64,000 nt of DNA from Squalus acanthias (lineage: Eukaryota): positions 35,776,001 to 35,840,000 of the forward strand of contig CM059432.1 in assembly GCA_030390025.1 (NCBI GenBank). The letters run 5' to 3'. Shown here in pieces: positions 34,854 through 47,680 of the stretch. The translations under genes and the position numbers were made by a program. The first letter of the stretch is position 1. Each line of letters begins with the position of its first letter. Under the pieces are notes generated by a model that was given only the letters and a program-made list of their open reading frames with translations, did not search any database and was not told the DNA's origin.

Positions 34854-35956
34854 AAATGTGAGAAGTCACACAACACCAGGTTATAGTCCAACAGCTTTAT
34901 TTGAAATCACAAGCTTTTGGAGCGCTGCTCCTTCGTCAGGTGAAGTGAAGAGATGCATATAGGCACAGCATATATAGACAGAGAACACTGCCAGATGATT
35001 ACAGTTAATCTTTCCAACTGCCCTTTATCACACCTCGACAGAGAGATAATCACGGCAATCAAAGGTGTGGATGGTGTCCAAACAGGTCAGTCAGCAAAAC
35101 ATTACATCAAAGACAATGTGGCAGATGCTGGGGTCTGTATGGAAAACAAAAAACTTTTTTTGCTGGAAACCACAGCAGGTCCGGCCGCATCTGTGTAGAG
35201 AGAACAAGCCAACGACGACTCGAGTCTGGATGACTCTACGTCAGGTGGGGTTACATGTAGCGTGACATGAACCCAAGATCCCGGTTGAGGCCATCCTCAT
35301 GGGTGCGGAACTTGGCTATCAGTTTCTGCTTAACGATTTTGCGTTGTCGTGTGTCTCGAAGGCCGCCTTGGAGGACGCTTACCCGAAGATCGGAGGCTGA
35401 ATGTCCTTGACTGCTGAAGTGTTCCCCGACTGGGAGGGAACACTCCTGCCTGGCGATTGTTGCGCGGTGTCCGTTCATACGTTGTCGCAGTGTCTGCATG
35501 GTCTCGCCGATTCACGCTACATGTAACCCCACCTGACGTAGAGTCATCCAGACTCGAGTCGTCGTTGGCTTGTTCTCTCTACACAGATGCGGCCGGACCT
35601 GCTGTGATTTCCAGCAAAAAAAGTTTTTTGTTTTCCATACAGACCCCAGCATCTGCCACATTGTCTTTGATGTAATGTTTTGCTGACTGACCTGTTTGGA
35701 CACCATCCACACCTTTGATTGCCGTGATTATCTCTCTGCCGAGGTGTGATAAAGGGCAGTTGGAAAGATTAACTGTAATCATCTGGCAGTGTTCTCTGAC
35801 TATATATGCTGTGCCTATATGCATCTCTTCACTTCACCTGATGAAGGAGCAGCGCTCCGAAAGCTTGTAATTTCAAATAAAGCTGTTGGACTATAACCTG
35901 GTGTTGTGCGACTTCTCACATTTGTCCACCCCAGTCCAACACCGGCATCTCCACAT
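34854..35956 (-). mobile_element. Penelope-like element: GIY-YIG C-terminus between inverted pseudo-LTRs
   Basis: ORF 35251..35499 reads LRQRMNGHR...GEHF...H...GLN. Inverted arms 34854..35265 and 35512..35923. 13-bp duplication catatctaaggag at 34841 and 35957. Hammerhead motifs at 35834..35870 (+) and 34907..34943 (-, GAAA>AAAA). Confidence 0.92.
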
Positions 35957-37597
35957 CATATCTAAGGAGGATTGGAAGATTGTGGCCAGCACCTCCGCAA
36001 TTTCTACCCTTACTTCCTTCAGTAACCTAGGATGCATCCCATCCGGACCGGGTGACTTATCCACTTTAATTACCGCCAGCCTGTCCAGTACCTCCTCTTT
36101 ATCTATTTTTATCTCATCCAGTATCCCAGCAACCTCCTCGTTTACCATAGCTTTGGCAAAGTCCTCTTCCTTGGTAAACACCAATGCAAAATACTCATTT
36201 AGTACCTCAGCCATGCCTTTTGCCTAAACCAATAGATCTCCATTTTGGTCCCTAATCGGCCTCACTGCTCCTCTGACAACCCTTTTACTGTTAATATGCC
36301 TATAGAAGACCTTTGGATTCCATTTTGTTAGCTGCCAATCTGTTCTCGCACTGTCTCTTTGCCCCTCTTATTTCCTTTTTCACTTCTCCTCTGTACTTTT
36401 TATATTCAGCCTGATTCTCTCTTGTATTATCGAACTGACATCTGTCATATGCCCCCTTTTTCTGCTTCACCTACTCTCCAACTCCTTCGTCATCCAGGGA
36501 GCTCTGGTTTTGGTTGCCCTCCTATTTCCCCCTTGTAGGAATGTACGTAGACTGTACCCGAACCATCTCTCTTTAAAGGCCGCCCATTGCTCCATTAAAT
36601 TTTTGCATGCCAGTCTTTGACTCCAATTTATCTAGGCCAGATCCCTCCTCAATTTGCTGAAATTAGCCCTCCTCCAGTTATGTATTTTTATTCTAGATTG
36701 CTCCTTGTCCTTCTCCATAACTAATCTAAACCTTACGATACTATGATCACTATTCCCAAGATGCTCTCCAACTGTGATATTCTCCACTTGACCCACTTCA
36801 TTCCTAAATCTAGCAATGCCTCCTTCCTCGTTGGGCAGGAAACATACTGATCAAGAAAATTCTCCTGAACACACTTCAGAATTTCCTCCCCTTCTCTGCC
36901 CTTAACACAATCAATATTGGAGTAATTAAAGTCTCCCATTATCACTGCTCTATAGTTCTTGCACTTCTCAGTAATTTCTCTGCAAATCTGCTCCTCTATC
37001 TCCTTCCCACTATTTGGTGGCCTATAAAATACACCAAGTAATGTAGTAGCTGCTTTATTGTTTCTCAACTCCAACCAAATAGATTCTGTCTTTGATCCCT
37101 CAAGGACATTCTCTCTTTCTAGCACTGTAATATTTTCCTTAATCAAAACTGCTACCCCTCCTCCTTTTTTTCCTGTCCCTATCTTTCCTGAATACCTTGT
37201 ATGTAGGAATATTAAGAATCCAATCCTTGCCTTTTTTGAGCCAGGTTTCAGTTATCGCCACTACGTCATATTCTCACGTGGCTATTTGCGCCTGCAGCTC
37301 ACCAACCTTATTAACCACACTTTGTGCATTTACGCACACTCCAAACCTAACTTAGACCTCTTTGTATTTTCTATGATCCCACCTAATTCTGTATTATTTC
37401 TACCTCTAACTGTCTTTCCTAGTCCTCTGTGCACCTTGTTTCTACTTTTTAATACTACATCCTGGTGCCTAACCCCCTTGCGAATTTAGCTTAAACCCAC
37501 CCCCACAGCACATAGCTAACCTGCCCACAAGGATATTGGTCCCAGCTCTGTTCAGATGCAACACGTCCATCTTGAACAGGTCCCTCCTGCCACAGAA

Positions 37598-37702
37598 ATA
37601 ACAACAGAAAATGCTGGAAACACTCAGCAGGTCAGGCAGCATCCGTGGAGAGAGAAACAGAGTTAACGTTTCAGATCTGTGACCCTTCATCAGAACTGGC
37701 TG
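37598..37702 (-). mobile_element. ~105-bp Penelope-like fragment with a hammerhead at 37661..37697
   Basis: 15-bp duplication cctcctgccacagaa at 37583 and 37703. Minus strand reads AGUU-CUGAUGA-A-GGGUCacaGAUCU-GAAA-CGUU-AACU. Confidence 0.85.
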
Positions 37703-38934
37703 CCTCCTGCCACAGAACTGGTCCCAGGAATCTGAAGCCCTCCCTCCTGCACCATGTCTCTAGCCACGCATTAACCTGCTATATCTTCCTATTTCTACTC
37801 TCACTAGCACGTGGCACTGGGAGTAATCTAGAGATTACTACCTTTTGAGGTCCTGCTTTTTAACTTCCTCCCTAGCTCCTTAAGCTCTGAGTGCAGGACC
37901 TCAACCCTCTTCCTCCCTATGTCGTTGGTTCCGACATAGACCACGACATCTGGCTCTTACCCTTCCCCCACAGAATGTTCTGAACCCTCTCCGTGATGTC
38001 CCTTACCCTGGCACCAGTGAGGCAACATACTCGGGTCTCACATCGACAGTAGCAGAACTGCCTGTGTGTCCACCTGACTATCAAATCTCCAATTATTACT
38101 GCATTCCTACACTTTGCTGTAGTCCCCTGTGCAGTCGTTTGCCTCATGGTGCCAGGCTCACGACTGCACTCCTTTGAGGTGTTGTCACCCTCAACGGTAT
38201 GCAGTGCTGAATATCTGTTTGAGAGTACCACACTCCCGTAGAATTCCTGCACTGGCTGCCTCTTCCTACCCTTCCGGGTGGCCACCCACTTGTTATTTTG
38301 AACTTTATCTGGCTGTGGGGTGACCTGGAACATACAATCCAGGACACACTCAGCCACCTATATGCCCTGCAGTGAATCCAGCTGCCCCTCAAGCTCAGAA
38401 ACCCTCGGTGTGAGTTCGAGCAGCTGGAGGCACTTCCTGCAAACATGGGCCTCCAGGATATATGAAGCATCCTGAATGGCGCAGCAATTGCAGGCTACAG
38501 GTCGTAGCTGTCCCGCCATTCAAAATAGAAACTTAAAATAAACTACTTAGGTACAAGGTGATTTATATAATTGGTGTTAACTAGGTCTAAACAACACTGC
38601 AATTTTTCTATTTGCGCCTCAAAGCAAACTACCCAAAGACTAAATTATTTACTCAAGCTTAACAAGATCCACTGAGATACTAAATACAAAGAGCCTAAAT
38701 ATTAGATACTTAACTTGGAATCCTCTGGTTTTGTGGCTCCACTCCTTCTTTTGAGTTGGACGTGAGAAACCGCCTTCCTCCTCTCCACCGAATTCCTACT
38801 ATCACCAAATTCTCAGCTTTCACTTTGTTTGCGATCCACTCAGATTGCGATTCACTCAGCTCTGTTTCCAACCTCTGTGCTCAAGCTCATGTCCTAATAA
38901 TTATATATTCATTGCGCTGCGATGATTCCTCGGG

Positions 38935-39580
38935 TATCGAACACTCCCAGGGCAGATACAGCACAGGGTAGAAACAGAGGAAAGCTTCCTCTACATTGTC
39001 CCATCACACACTCCCTGGTCATGTACAGCATGGGTCAGATACAGAGTAATGCTTCCTGTACACTGTCCCATCAAACACTTGCAGGGCAGGTACAGCACGG
39101 GTAAGCTCCATCTACACTGCCCCATCAAGCACTCCTAAATCAGGTGGAACATGGTTAGATATATTGTAAAGTTTCCTCCACACTGTCCAACCAAACACTC
39201 CCATGTCAGGAACAGTACAAGTTAGGTACAGAGTAAAGCTCCCGCTATACTGTCCAAACAAGCACTTTCAGCTCCGGTACTCCCTTTGTCTACATTACAT
39301 CAGTGACTACATTTTAAAAGTACTTCATTGGTTGTAAAACGCTTTAGGGCCTCCTGAGATCAAGAAAATCGCAATAGAGATCCAAGTTTACTCTTTCTTT
39401 CTTTGTCCTAATCAACCCAAACACTCTTAGGTCAGGTATAGCATGGGCTAGAAACAGACTAAGGCTCCCTGTACACTGTCCCTTCAAATACTCTCAGTGC
39501 AGGAACAGCACCGATTAGATACAGAGTAAAGCTCCCTCTACACTGTCCCACCAAATGCTTTCAGCTCAGGTACTCCCTTT
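38935..39580. repeat. Degenerate ~67-bp tandem repeat (cccatcaaacactccc...gatacagagtaaagctccctctacactgt)
   Basis: acactgtcc and tacagagtaaagctcc recur, interrupted by a SINE tail at ~39290..39405. Confidence 0.85.
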
Positions 39581-39810
39581 GTCTCTGTCTCTGCCGCAGC
39601 CTGTGCCTCTACTGCTGTCTCTGTCTCTGCCTCTACTGCTGTCTCTGCCTCTACTGCTGTCTCTGCCTCTATCTCCGCCTCCGCCTCCATCCCTACTGCT
39701 GCCTCTGTCTCTACTACTGTTACTGCCGCCTGTGTCACTACTGCTGTTTCTGCCTCTGTTGCTGTTTCTGCCTCTGTTGCTGTTTCTGTGCCTGCTGCTG
39801 CCTTTGCCTT
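39580..39810. repeat. 18-bp/6-bp low-complexity repeat (gcctctactgctgtctct)
   Basis: Visible periodicity, giving repetitive peptides in several frames. Confidence 0.9.
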
Positions 39811-40067
39811 TCTTTTTAACCAACTGAAGTGAAAAGTGGCTTTGAATCTATCTGTTGGCCTGCCTCCTTCCCTGTGGAGAAACACTCAACTTTTAGTCAG
39901 CACCTTCCCTCAGTGAGATAAGGAACGCGCCACACAAGGAACTGCAGGAATATATCGACATTGGGTGCATACACCCCTGGGCTATGAACATTTTTACAGT
40001 TCTTGGCAAAATTCAGTTCATGGTCAAAATCCCAACCTCTGATTTATTTTTTCTCTTTCACCCTAAG

Positions 40068-40158
40068 GCAACAAGAGCAGGAAATAGAGACTGCATTACG
40101 GAAGAAGTACATCCTAATTGATAAAATGAATAAAGCAACCAGCTATACTCCCGAGCCG
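40068..40158 (+). CDS. KIF9: KIF9 coding exon G
   Basis: Pyrimidine tract ending ccctaag / gtgagt. (Q)QQEQEIETALRKKYILIDKMNKATSYTPEP, resembling KIF9 QQEQEVESTLRRKYTLID. 91 nt, phase 2 to 0. Confidence 0.92.
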
Positions 40159-40803
40159 GTGAGTGAGAGAAAGCCTGGGTGGGCAGGGCTGGTGTTTGGA
40201 CGCAATTTAAAAAAGAAAAATTTACATTTTTTTATAGTGCCTTATCACACGTCTCAAAACATTAATCATGCTATCAATTGCTTTGAAGTATAGTTTGTTA
40301 TGTAGGTGAATGGTCAATTAATCTGGTGGTATTGGTTGAATACAGAATGTTGGCCAAAAGACCCTCTCCCTGTCCCTCTTCAAATATTACTGTGGGATTT
40401 TAATTTCAACCAGAACAGGTAGATGGGGCCTCAGTTTAACTTCTCACCAAAAGGGCAATCCCTCTGACAACAGAGCACTCACAAGATGGACACAAGGTGA
40501 GGGAGACCATCCACCCAGAAGTACCTACAGTCTACCAGTCATAGCATCCAATTGTTTTTTAAATGAGGGTTTATTTTATTTTGTCTTCACAACACTAACT
40601 GGGATGTCTGCCTGTGTCCCATTCACCAGAACTCAACGAGTTATGATGATCTGGAATGCACTGCCTGAAAGGGTGGTGGAAGCAGACTCAATAGTAACTT
40701 TCAGAAGGGACTTGGAAAGGAAAAATTTGCTGGGCTATGGGGAAAGAGCAGGGGGAGTGGGACTAATTGGACAGCTCTTTCAAAGAGCCGGCACAGACAC
40801 AAT

Positions 40804-41611
40804 GGCTGCGATTTTTCCTATCGATGCAGCTTGGGGGCGGGACAGCTGCCTTCCGGGTTCCAGTCCCGCCCCCACGACATCAGACGCACAGACACGATTT
40901 TGCGTCAATTGGCCTTGTTAAGCCCGCCCTGCCGTCATCTGCCGGTTTTCTTAAAGGGGCCACACAATTTTTTTTGACAGCTGATTTTTCAGTGTTTGAC
41001 AGCATTGAGGTGCTGCAAACACTGACAATCACTGTACAAAGGTGAGCTCTTGAGCCCAGGCTCTCCAGTGACTCCCTCCTTAGGCTAGAACAGATGGCAG
41101 CTGCAGGTGAGGTTACAGAAGCGATCTGTCACTGGTGAGCGAGGTTCTCCCAATGAGGTGGGACTACACAAACAATTCAAAACTTGTCACCCACAGAAAA
41201 GTGTAAATACATTAAAAATGGTTTTCCCAACATTTTCTTACCTCTGAAACTCACCAGTGTACCATTGGATCTTTCACACCACTTCTGCAGCTGTCATCAA
41301 TGCAGAAACATTACAGCAGACTCCCAACACGCCACACTTACCTGGCATGGTGTCCGGACATCGGGAAGCCCGCAGTAGACCTGTCAAAATTGCAAAAAGC
41401 CTCTTAACTGCCTGTTAACAAGCAGTTAAGTGCCTATAATCCTCTTCCCACCGCTAGGTATCGGGTCCATGCGCAAATTGGGGACCCGACACCTGGGAAG
41501 ATTGATTGGAGGGGGGTTGACGGCGGGTTTCCAACCCGCTATCAATCTTTGCGATTTTGCCGGATGTCGCGCCTCCAAACCCGCCCCCTGAGCGCTGGCA
41601 AAATTCCAGCC
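40804..41611. mobile_element. Non-autonomous Harbinger-type transposon inside a CR1 3' end
   Basis: TIRs ggctgcgatttt / aaaattccagcc. 3-bp TSD aat/aat restores gacacaatggg.tgaatgg of the host (40630..41650). Confidence 0.8.
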
Positions 41612-41879
41612 AATGGGTTGAATGGCCTCCTCTGTGCTGTATGATTCTATAAGTACACAAGTGTGGAATGACCAGAACTTGAGCATGACTCCTCTGACTT
41701 GTACATTACTGTTTTGACTATCTAGTTCAGTATTCTACTTGTTTTGTTGGTTGCTGCTCCTCATTAATGGAATACTCCCTGAAGAGGGGCTTGAACCTAC
41801 AGCCTTCTGATTCAGAGGTAACGAAAATTAGACTCAAACAAAAATACTTTTACAAATGAATCAAAATAACTCCCCAGGA

Positions 41880-43445
41880 GAACAGGGATTGATACCAGGC
41901 TCAGCTATAGGCAGCAAAAGGTGCCATTAGGGTAGCCAAAAGGTTAGTTGAAAAAAAGATTGGGGATAACTGTGGTTGCAATTTTAGGATTCAGAAGGCA
42001 ATAAAAGACACTGCAGGGTAAACTCTAGTCAACTCCCTGGACATAGCAAAGGTTTTAAATGGCTACATTCCATCAGTCTTCACTCCAGTAGACAATGTTC
42101 AGTTACCATTACTACAAAGTACAGTTAATACTAAAGTGGACAATATCAAAGTGAATGCACATATAATCCAGGAAAGAATAACGTGTCTCAAATCTTAGGG
42201 CTACTGGGCTTGACGGCATTTATCCTGGGGAGCTCAAAGCAATCGGGACATGTTAACTGAGCTCCAGGCTTATATATTTATTTGGTCACTAGGGACAGGG
42301 ATTGTTCCCATGGATTGGAGGGAGTATCAATATTTAAAAAGGCAGCAAGTCAGAAGCTGGAAATTACAGGCCTATTCGCCTAATGTCAGTTATTGTAAAG
42401 GTGTTAGAAGGGATCATTTGAGAGACCCTATATGACCACCTGGACACAGAAGAGGTTATTAGAGACTCTCAACAAAGCTTCTCACAAACCTGGCTGAATT
42501 TATTGAGATGATAACTCGGTTGGTAGATGAGGATAGCCCTGTTGACATTATTTGGACTTTCAGAAAGCTTTCAACAAGGTGTCGCGCAATAGGTTACGTT
42601 GTAAGATAAGAGTCTTTAGGGATAGGAGGGCAGATCCTGGATTGGATAGAGGGTTGTTAGTAATGGAAGTGGTCCTGTGTGGAGACCAGTTACTAGTGGA
42701 GTCCTGCAGGGATCGGTGTGGGACCACTGCTCTTTACGATCTACGTTAACAATCTAGACAAAGGTGTCGTGGGTACTGTCTGCAAGTTCTCAAACAACAC
42801 AAAGATCTGTGCTAGTGTTCGAACCCTAGATGAGAGAAAAAGCCTACAATCTGATCCAGATCCAAGCGGGGAATGGGCTCACATCCGGCAAATATCATTT
42901 AATGCAGCTAAATGTACTGTCATGCATGTGGGTAGGGTTAATGCCAACCATGTATGTACAATAATTGGTATAGAATTGAAGTCTGTTAAGAAGGAAAGGG
43001 ACCCAGGCGTTAACAGTACATGAGTCTCAAGGTGCACTACCAGTGCTGCGAGGCTATTGCAAATGCAAATAGAATACATGGGTGTACAGGAAGGACAATT
43101 CAGTATAAAATTAAAATAACTGATGTCCTTGTACAAGATTTTAGATGAGCCTCATCTGGAAAACTGTGTCCAGTTTTGATCACTCTCACATAGTGAGTGA
43201 GAATGGTTCAAAGGAAGGCCATTAGATTGAGCCCTGGGTTTAAAAGCCCTCATCACGATAGGCTTAGAGCACTAGGTCTTTTTACTCTAGAAAAGTGTAG
43301 ACTTCAGGAAGATTTAATTGAAGTGTTTAAAATGTTGATGGGACTAGACTGTGACTGTGTGGATAAACTAGGTTAGGAAAAATGAAGGGTCATGCATATA
43401 AGCTACGCAAGCATAGAACTAGGTTAAATGTTTAGGAGGTTTTGC
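41880..43445 (+). mobile_element. Old CR1 RT remnant
   Basis: DFQKAFNKV, GPLLFTIYVNNLD and FN..KCTVMH.GR, with many disruptions. Confidence 0.8.
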
Positions 43446-43509
43446 TTAACGTGGAGCGTTGTTGGCACTTGAAACAAGTGACCAGCATGTGTGGTGAGTG
43501 CAGAATCAT

Positions 43510-46500
43510 TGGCCTCGATTTCAAACACTTCCCCTCAGCCCTCCCTCCCCCCACCCCGACAGGCAGTAAGGTGTCAGGCAAGGAGTTAAAATCCTGGAAA
43601 TTATGATCTCTCCCCAAACCCGCTGAGTTACCAGCCATTGCTATATTAACGGCGACGAGTATCGTGTTTGACGAGTCTCCCTCTGTAGAGAGGCGCGATG
43701 CTCATGAATATATGTAAATCTGGGTCCTATGATGTAATTAGGACCCCGATGTGATTTTAGCAAGTGCAGCACAGGTCGGCAAGGTCACCAGGGAGACCCT
43801 GGTGGGACTGATTAGTGTGCTGAAAGTAAAGGATCCACGATCTGAATAAAGCTGCAACGCTCACAGGTTCACTTCATTGTGAGCTGTGATTCTGTAGTCA
43901 CTGTTTGCTTCGGATTGTATTTTTGAGAGTCTGGAGAAAAAAATGATAAGCTGATTATGGGTACTTCTCTAGCTGCACTCTATTAGGGTGAAGAGAAGGA
44001 GAAGAAGAGGAGCAGCAGCAGCAAGGACATACTGAAGAAGGAGATGCTGGGCCACAGAGAAAGCAGCAAGAGGGGGGAGCATGTGTGTAGAAGGCCTTGC
44101 CCACCTCACAGGGTCTACAGACAGAGGCTCAGCTTCCTTGACCTGTCTGAAGAGCAGTGCATCAGCAGGCACAGATTGTCAAGGTCGCAGAACTCTGCAG
44201 CCTCCTGGAAGAAGACCTTCTGCCTGCTGGACCTGGCGGCCATGCCATGCTAGTGGCAGTGAAAGTGACCACCGCCTTCAACTTTCATGCCTCTGGATCC
44301 GTCCAGGCAACCACAGGTGACATATTGTGGGTGTCGCAGTCAGCCACCCACAAATAAACAGCCAGGTGACTGATGCATTTTGCCAGGGCCAGTCGATATA
44401 GCTCCTTCTCAACTGATGACAACAGTCAGACCAAGAGAGCGTTGGGGTTTGCAGCTCTGGCTGGCTTTTCACAAGTGCAGGGTGCCATAGACTGCACACA
44501 TGTAGCAATCAGGACACTCCCGACCAAGTGGTTGTTTCCCCTGGCTGGAGAGTCTAGAACTAGGGAGCATAGTCTCAGGATAAGGGGTAGGCCATTTAAG
44601 ACTGAGATGAGGATGAATTTCTTCACTCAGAGGGTTGTGAATCTTTGGAATTCTCTATCCCAAAGGGTTGTGGACGCTGAGTCATTGAGTATATTCAAGG
44701 CTGAGATAGATAGATTTTTGGACTCTAGGGGAATCAACGGATATGGGGATCGGGCAGGAAAGTGGAGTCGAGATCGAAGATCAGCCATGATTTTATTGAA
44801 TGGCGGAGCAGGCTCGAGGGGCCATATGGCCTACTCCTGCTCCTAATTCTTATGTTCTTATGACCAGCCACGAGCCTTTGTTAACTGCAAGGGCTTCCAT
44901 TCCATTAATGTACAACTCTTGTGTAACTACAAGAAGAGGTTCAGACAGGTATGTGCCTGATACCCAGGGAACTGCCATGATGCCTTCATCTCACAGCAGT
45001 CTAATTAGCCACCACCACCCAATGTTTCGTCCTGTAACCAGTCTTATAGGATGGCTGCTTGGGGACAAGGGATACCCACTTCTACCATGGCTAATGACAC
45101 CTCTTCAGAACCCCACCACTCCACAGCAGAACAAGTACAAAAGTAGCTACATCACCACAAGGTGTGCCATAGAGCAGGCCATTGTGATACTTAAGTTAAG
45201 TTTCAGGTGCCTTGACAGGTCTGGAGGCTCCCTGCAAAAATCACCAGCCAGAGTATCCAGAATAATGTGGCATAATAATTGTTGAACAAAAACAACTGGA
45301 GGTACAGGAGGAAGAAGGCCTGCAGAACTCATCATCTAATGAGGAAGAGGATGGTGAGAAAAAAGATGGATATCATGACGCACGGCGTGCGGATCACCTT
45401 GCGATCAGAGATGCAAGGGATGCTCTCATAGCTCAGCGATTCACCGAGACATCTGCCACTTCTACTGCTTATGTGACCACTTATGTGCACTAACAGTCCT
45501 GCAAACTTCACTCCATTACTTTGCAAGCCTCCAATTTGTCACCTTGAAAACATTGAACCGACTTCTACACCTATGACATAAAAAGCAGATACAGAAATTG
45601 CCTTGAAAGCAGAGTGACGAGTGAAATTGGATTTAATGTGCAGCAAAAATCAAATACTAACAAATCAATTAGTGCAACGCCCAAGTGTGAACCATAAATG
45701 CTCTTTTTATCCGATTGCTTCCTAATCCTACTACTTCTACGAGGTGCTACCCCAGTGGCTTGAGTAGAGATGGTTGTAGGCTGCTGTGCATCTTTCTCAG
45801 ACTCCTGAGATGCTCGCAACTGACGACCTCTGGGTCCTCGAGGCTGTGAGGGCCGTACAACTGACTGCTGCCCCTGGACTTTTGTCGGGACTGTCTGGGC
45901 TAGTTGGGGTTCAGGCACCATGATGGGTATTGGTTGGGGAGTGGCATTGGATATGAGACATGCTAACATAATGCGTCCACTCCGCCAAACTTTCTCCCTT
46001 GGGGCAACGTAATATTAGTCCTGCTGGTCCACAGGAGGGCAGACTGGAGGAGGTGAGTGATGCTTTGGAAGCCCCAATCTGCTTTGGAAGCCCCAATCTA
46101 CTCTGTCCACCAACTTCTTTGAGGTGGAACAGACGTTGGAGCCCAGAGTCTGCATTGCAGTCGTACGAGCCCCTAGGAAGGCTACAAAGGCTGGTAAAAC
46201 TGACTCCTGCTGTTCGGCTGCAGTATCCCTGGAGGTGGCCACACATTCCAGTGTAGATTGCAGAGTGGCAAACCCCTGTGAAAGCACCCCACAGATAGTG
46301 GAATTGGACTCCGCCTACTTCCCTGCCATAGTGGACAGAGTGCCTGGCAAGACTGCCAATAACTCTCACATTTGTTCCTCCAGTATTCTCCTTTTCATGG
46401 CGGCCCCTGGAGTTCTTTCTCTTAACTGCTGAGCAGAGTTTGGAAAGCACGGTGTCCTTTGGCACGTATTCTCCTCGCCTGTCCCTGCCACCACTATCTA

Positions 46501-46940
46501 CTCCTGCTCACTTGTACTGTAAGACTCACCAGGTGCCAGCCTTTCTATCTGACTAACACGCCCACTCGATGTGCCAGTATCTGTGCTGGTGCCCGCAACG
46601 CATGTAGCGTATGACGGTGCGTTCTCAGGATGGATAAATTCCTCCGACGAGTCTTCTTCCTCTGTGGGCAGGGGCTCTGTTCTTTCTGTGAGGGCTCTGA
46701 AGGAAAGAAGAAAGAGTGAAGATTTAGTGATGGTACTTAGAAGATGTTAATGTGCACATGAAGCACTTGACCATACTTGTTGATGTGTTGCAGTTGGCTG
46801 AAGGTGCAGTTGGTTGTGGGAGATGAAAGGGTGTTATGGTTAAATCAGTCACTCTGTTCTGCTGATCTGTCAACCTCACAATCACCAATGCTCAGGTTGC
46901 AAGAGGTCCCTCTTATCTCCAGTGCCTTCTCCTCCGAGGG
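43510..46940 (+). mobile_element. Decayed autonomous-type PIF/Harbinger element; transposase at ~43960..45445, split by a CR1 3' fragment (44528..44841)
   Basis: GFSQVQGAIDCTHVAI, KGFHSINVQL, GWLLGDKGYPLLPWLMTP and RCAIEQAI...FRCLD. A convergent minus-strand ORF remnant at 45571..46290 is the probable second gene. Confidence 0.85.
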
Positions 46941-46944
46941 GTCT

Positions 46945-47680
46945 GTTACTCAGATTGGAAAAAGGTGGCAAATGGTGTTCCACTGGGACCACTGTTGTTC
47001 ACCATTTACAGAAATGATTTGGACTCAGGAATTGGAAATACAATTTCAAAATTTGCGGATGACACCAAATTGGGGGGTGTAGTTAATACAGAGGAAGAGT
47101 GCGACAAAATACAGGAAGACATTAATAACCTTGCAGAATGGGCGTGTAATTGGCAAATTAACCTCAATATAGATAAGTGTAACGTGGTATATTTTGGAAG
47201 GAAGAATAAGGAGGCCATGTACTCCTTGGAAAATAAGTGTCTAAATGGAGTAGAGGAACAGAGGAATGTGGGGGTACAGATCACGAAAAGTAGCAATGCA
47301 GGTTAATAAGGCCATAAAAAAGCAAAGCACTGAAGTTCATTTCCAGTAGGATAGAATTAAAAACCAGAGAAGTTATGTTAAACTTGTATAGAACCTTGGT
47401 TAGACCACACTTGGAAACTGTGAACAGTTCTGGTCTCCATATTACAAAAAGGATATGGAGGCACTGGAGAAGGGGCAAAAAAGATTTATGAGAATGATGC
47501 CAGAACTAAGAGGTTATACCTATCACGAAAAAATGAACAGGCTGGGGCCCTTTTCCCTAGAAAAGAGAAGACTGAGGGGTGACCTGATGGAGGTCTTTAA
47601 GATTATGAAAGGGTAGACATAGAGAAGATATTTCCACTTAGGGCAAGATCAGAACTAGGGGCCATTAATATAAGATAGTA
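46945..47680 (+). mobile_element. CR1 RT fragment
   Basis: LGPLLFTIY.NDLD...[12 protein letters not shown]. Confidence 0.85.

Larger units (their letters stand above)
32289..38800 (-). mobile_element. Full-length but decayed CR1 LINE hosting four later insertions
   Basis: Tail tagaatcatagaa near 32290, RT and APE fragments (32525, 33576, 34505, 35891, 36733), ORF1 esterase (37917..38357) and ORF1 start near 38520. Confidence 0.9.

Noticed and set aside
39538..39885. AETA-, RD- and PLLLS-repeat ORFs as proteins
   Set aside because: They are open in several frames because of a simple repeat, and no exon context was found.
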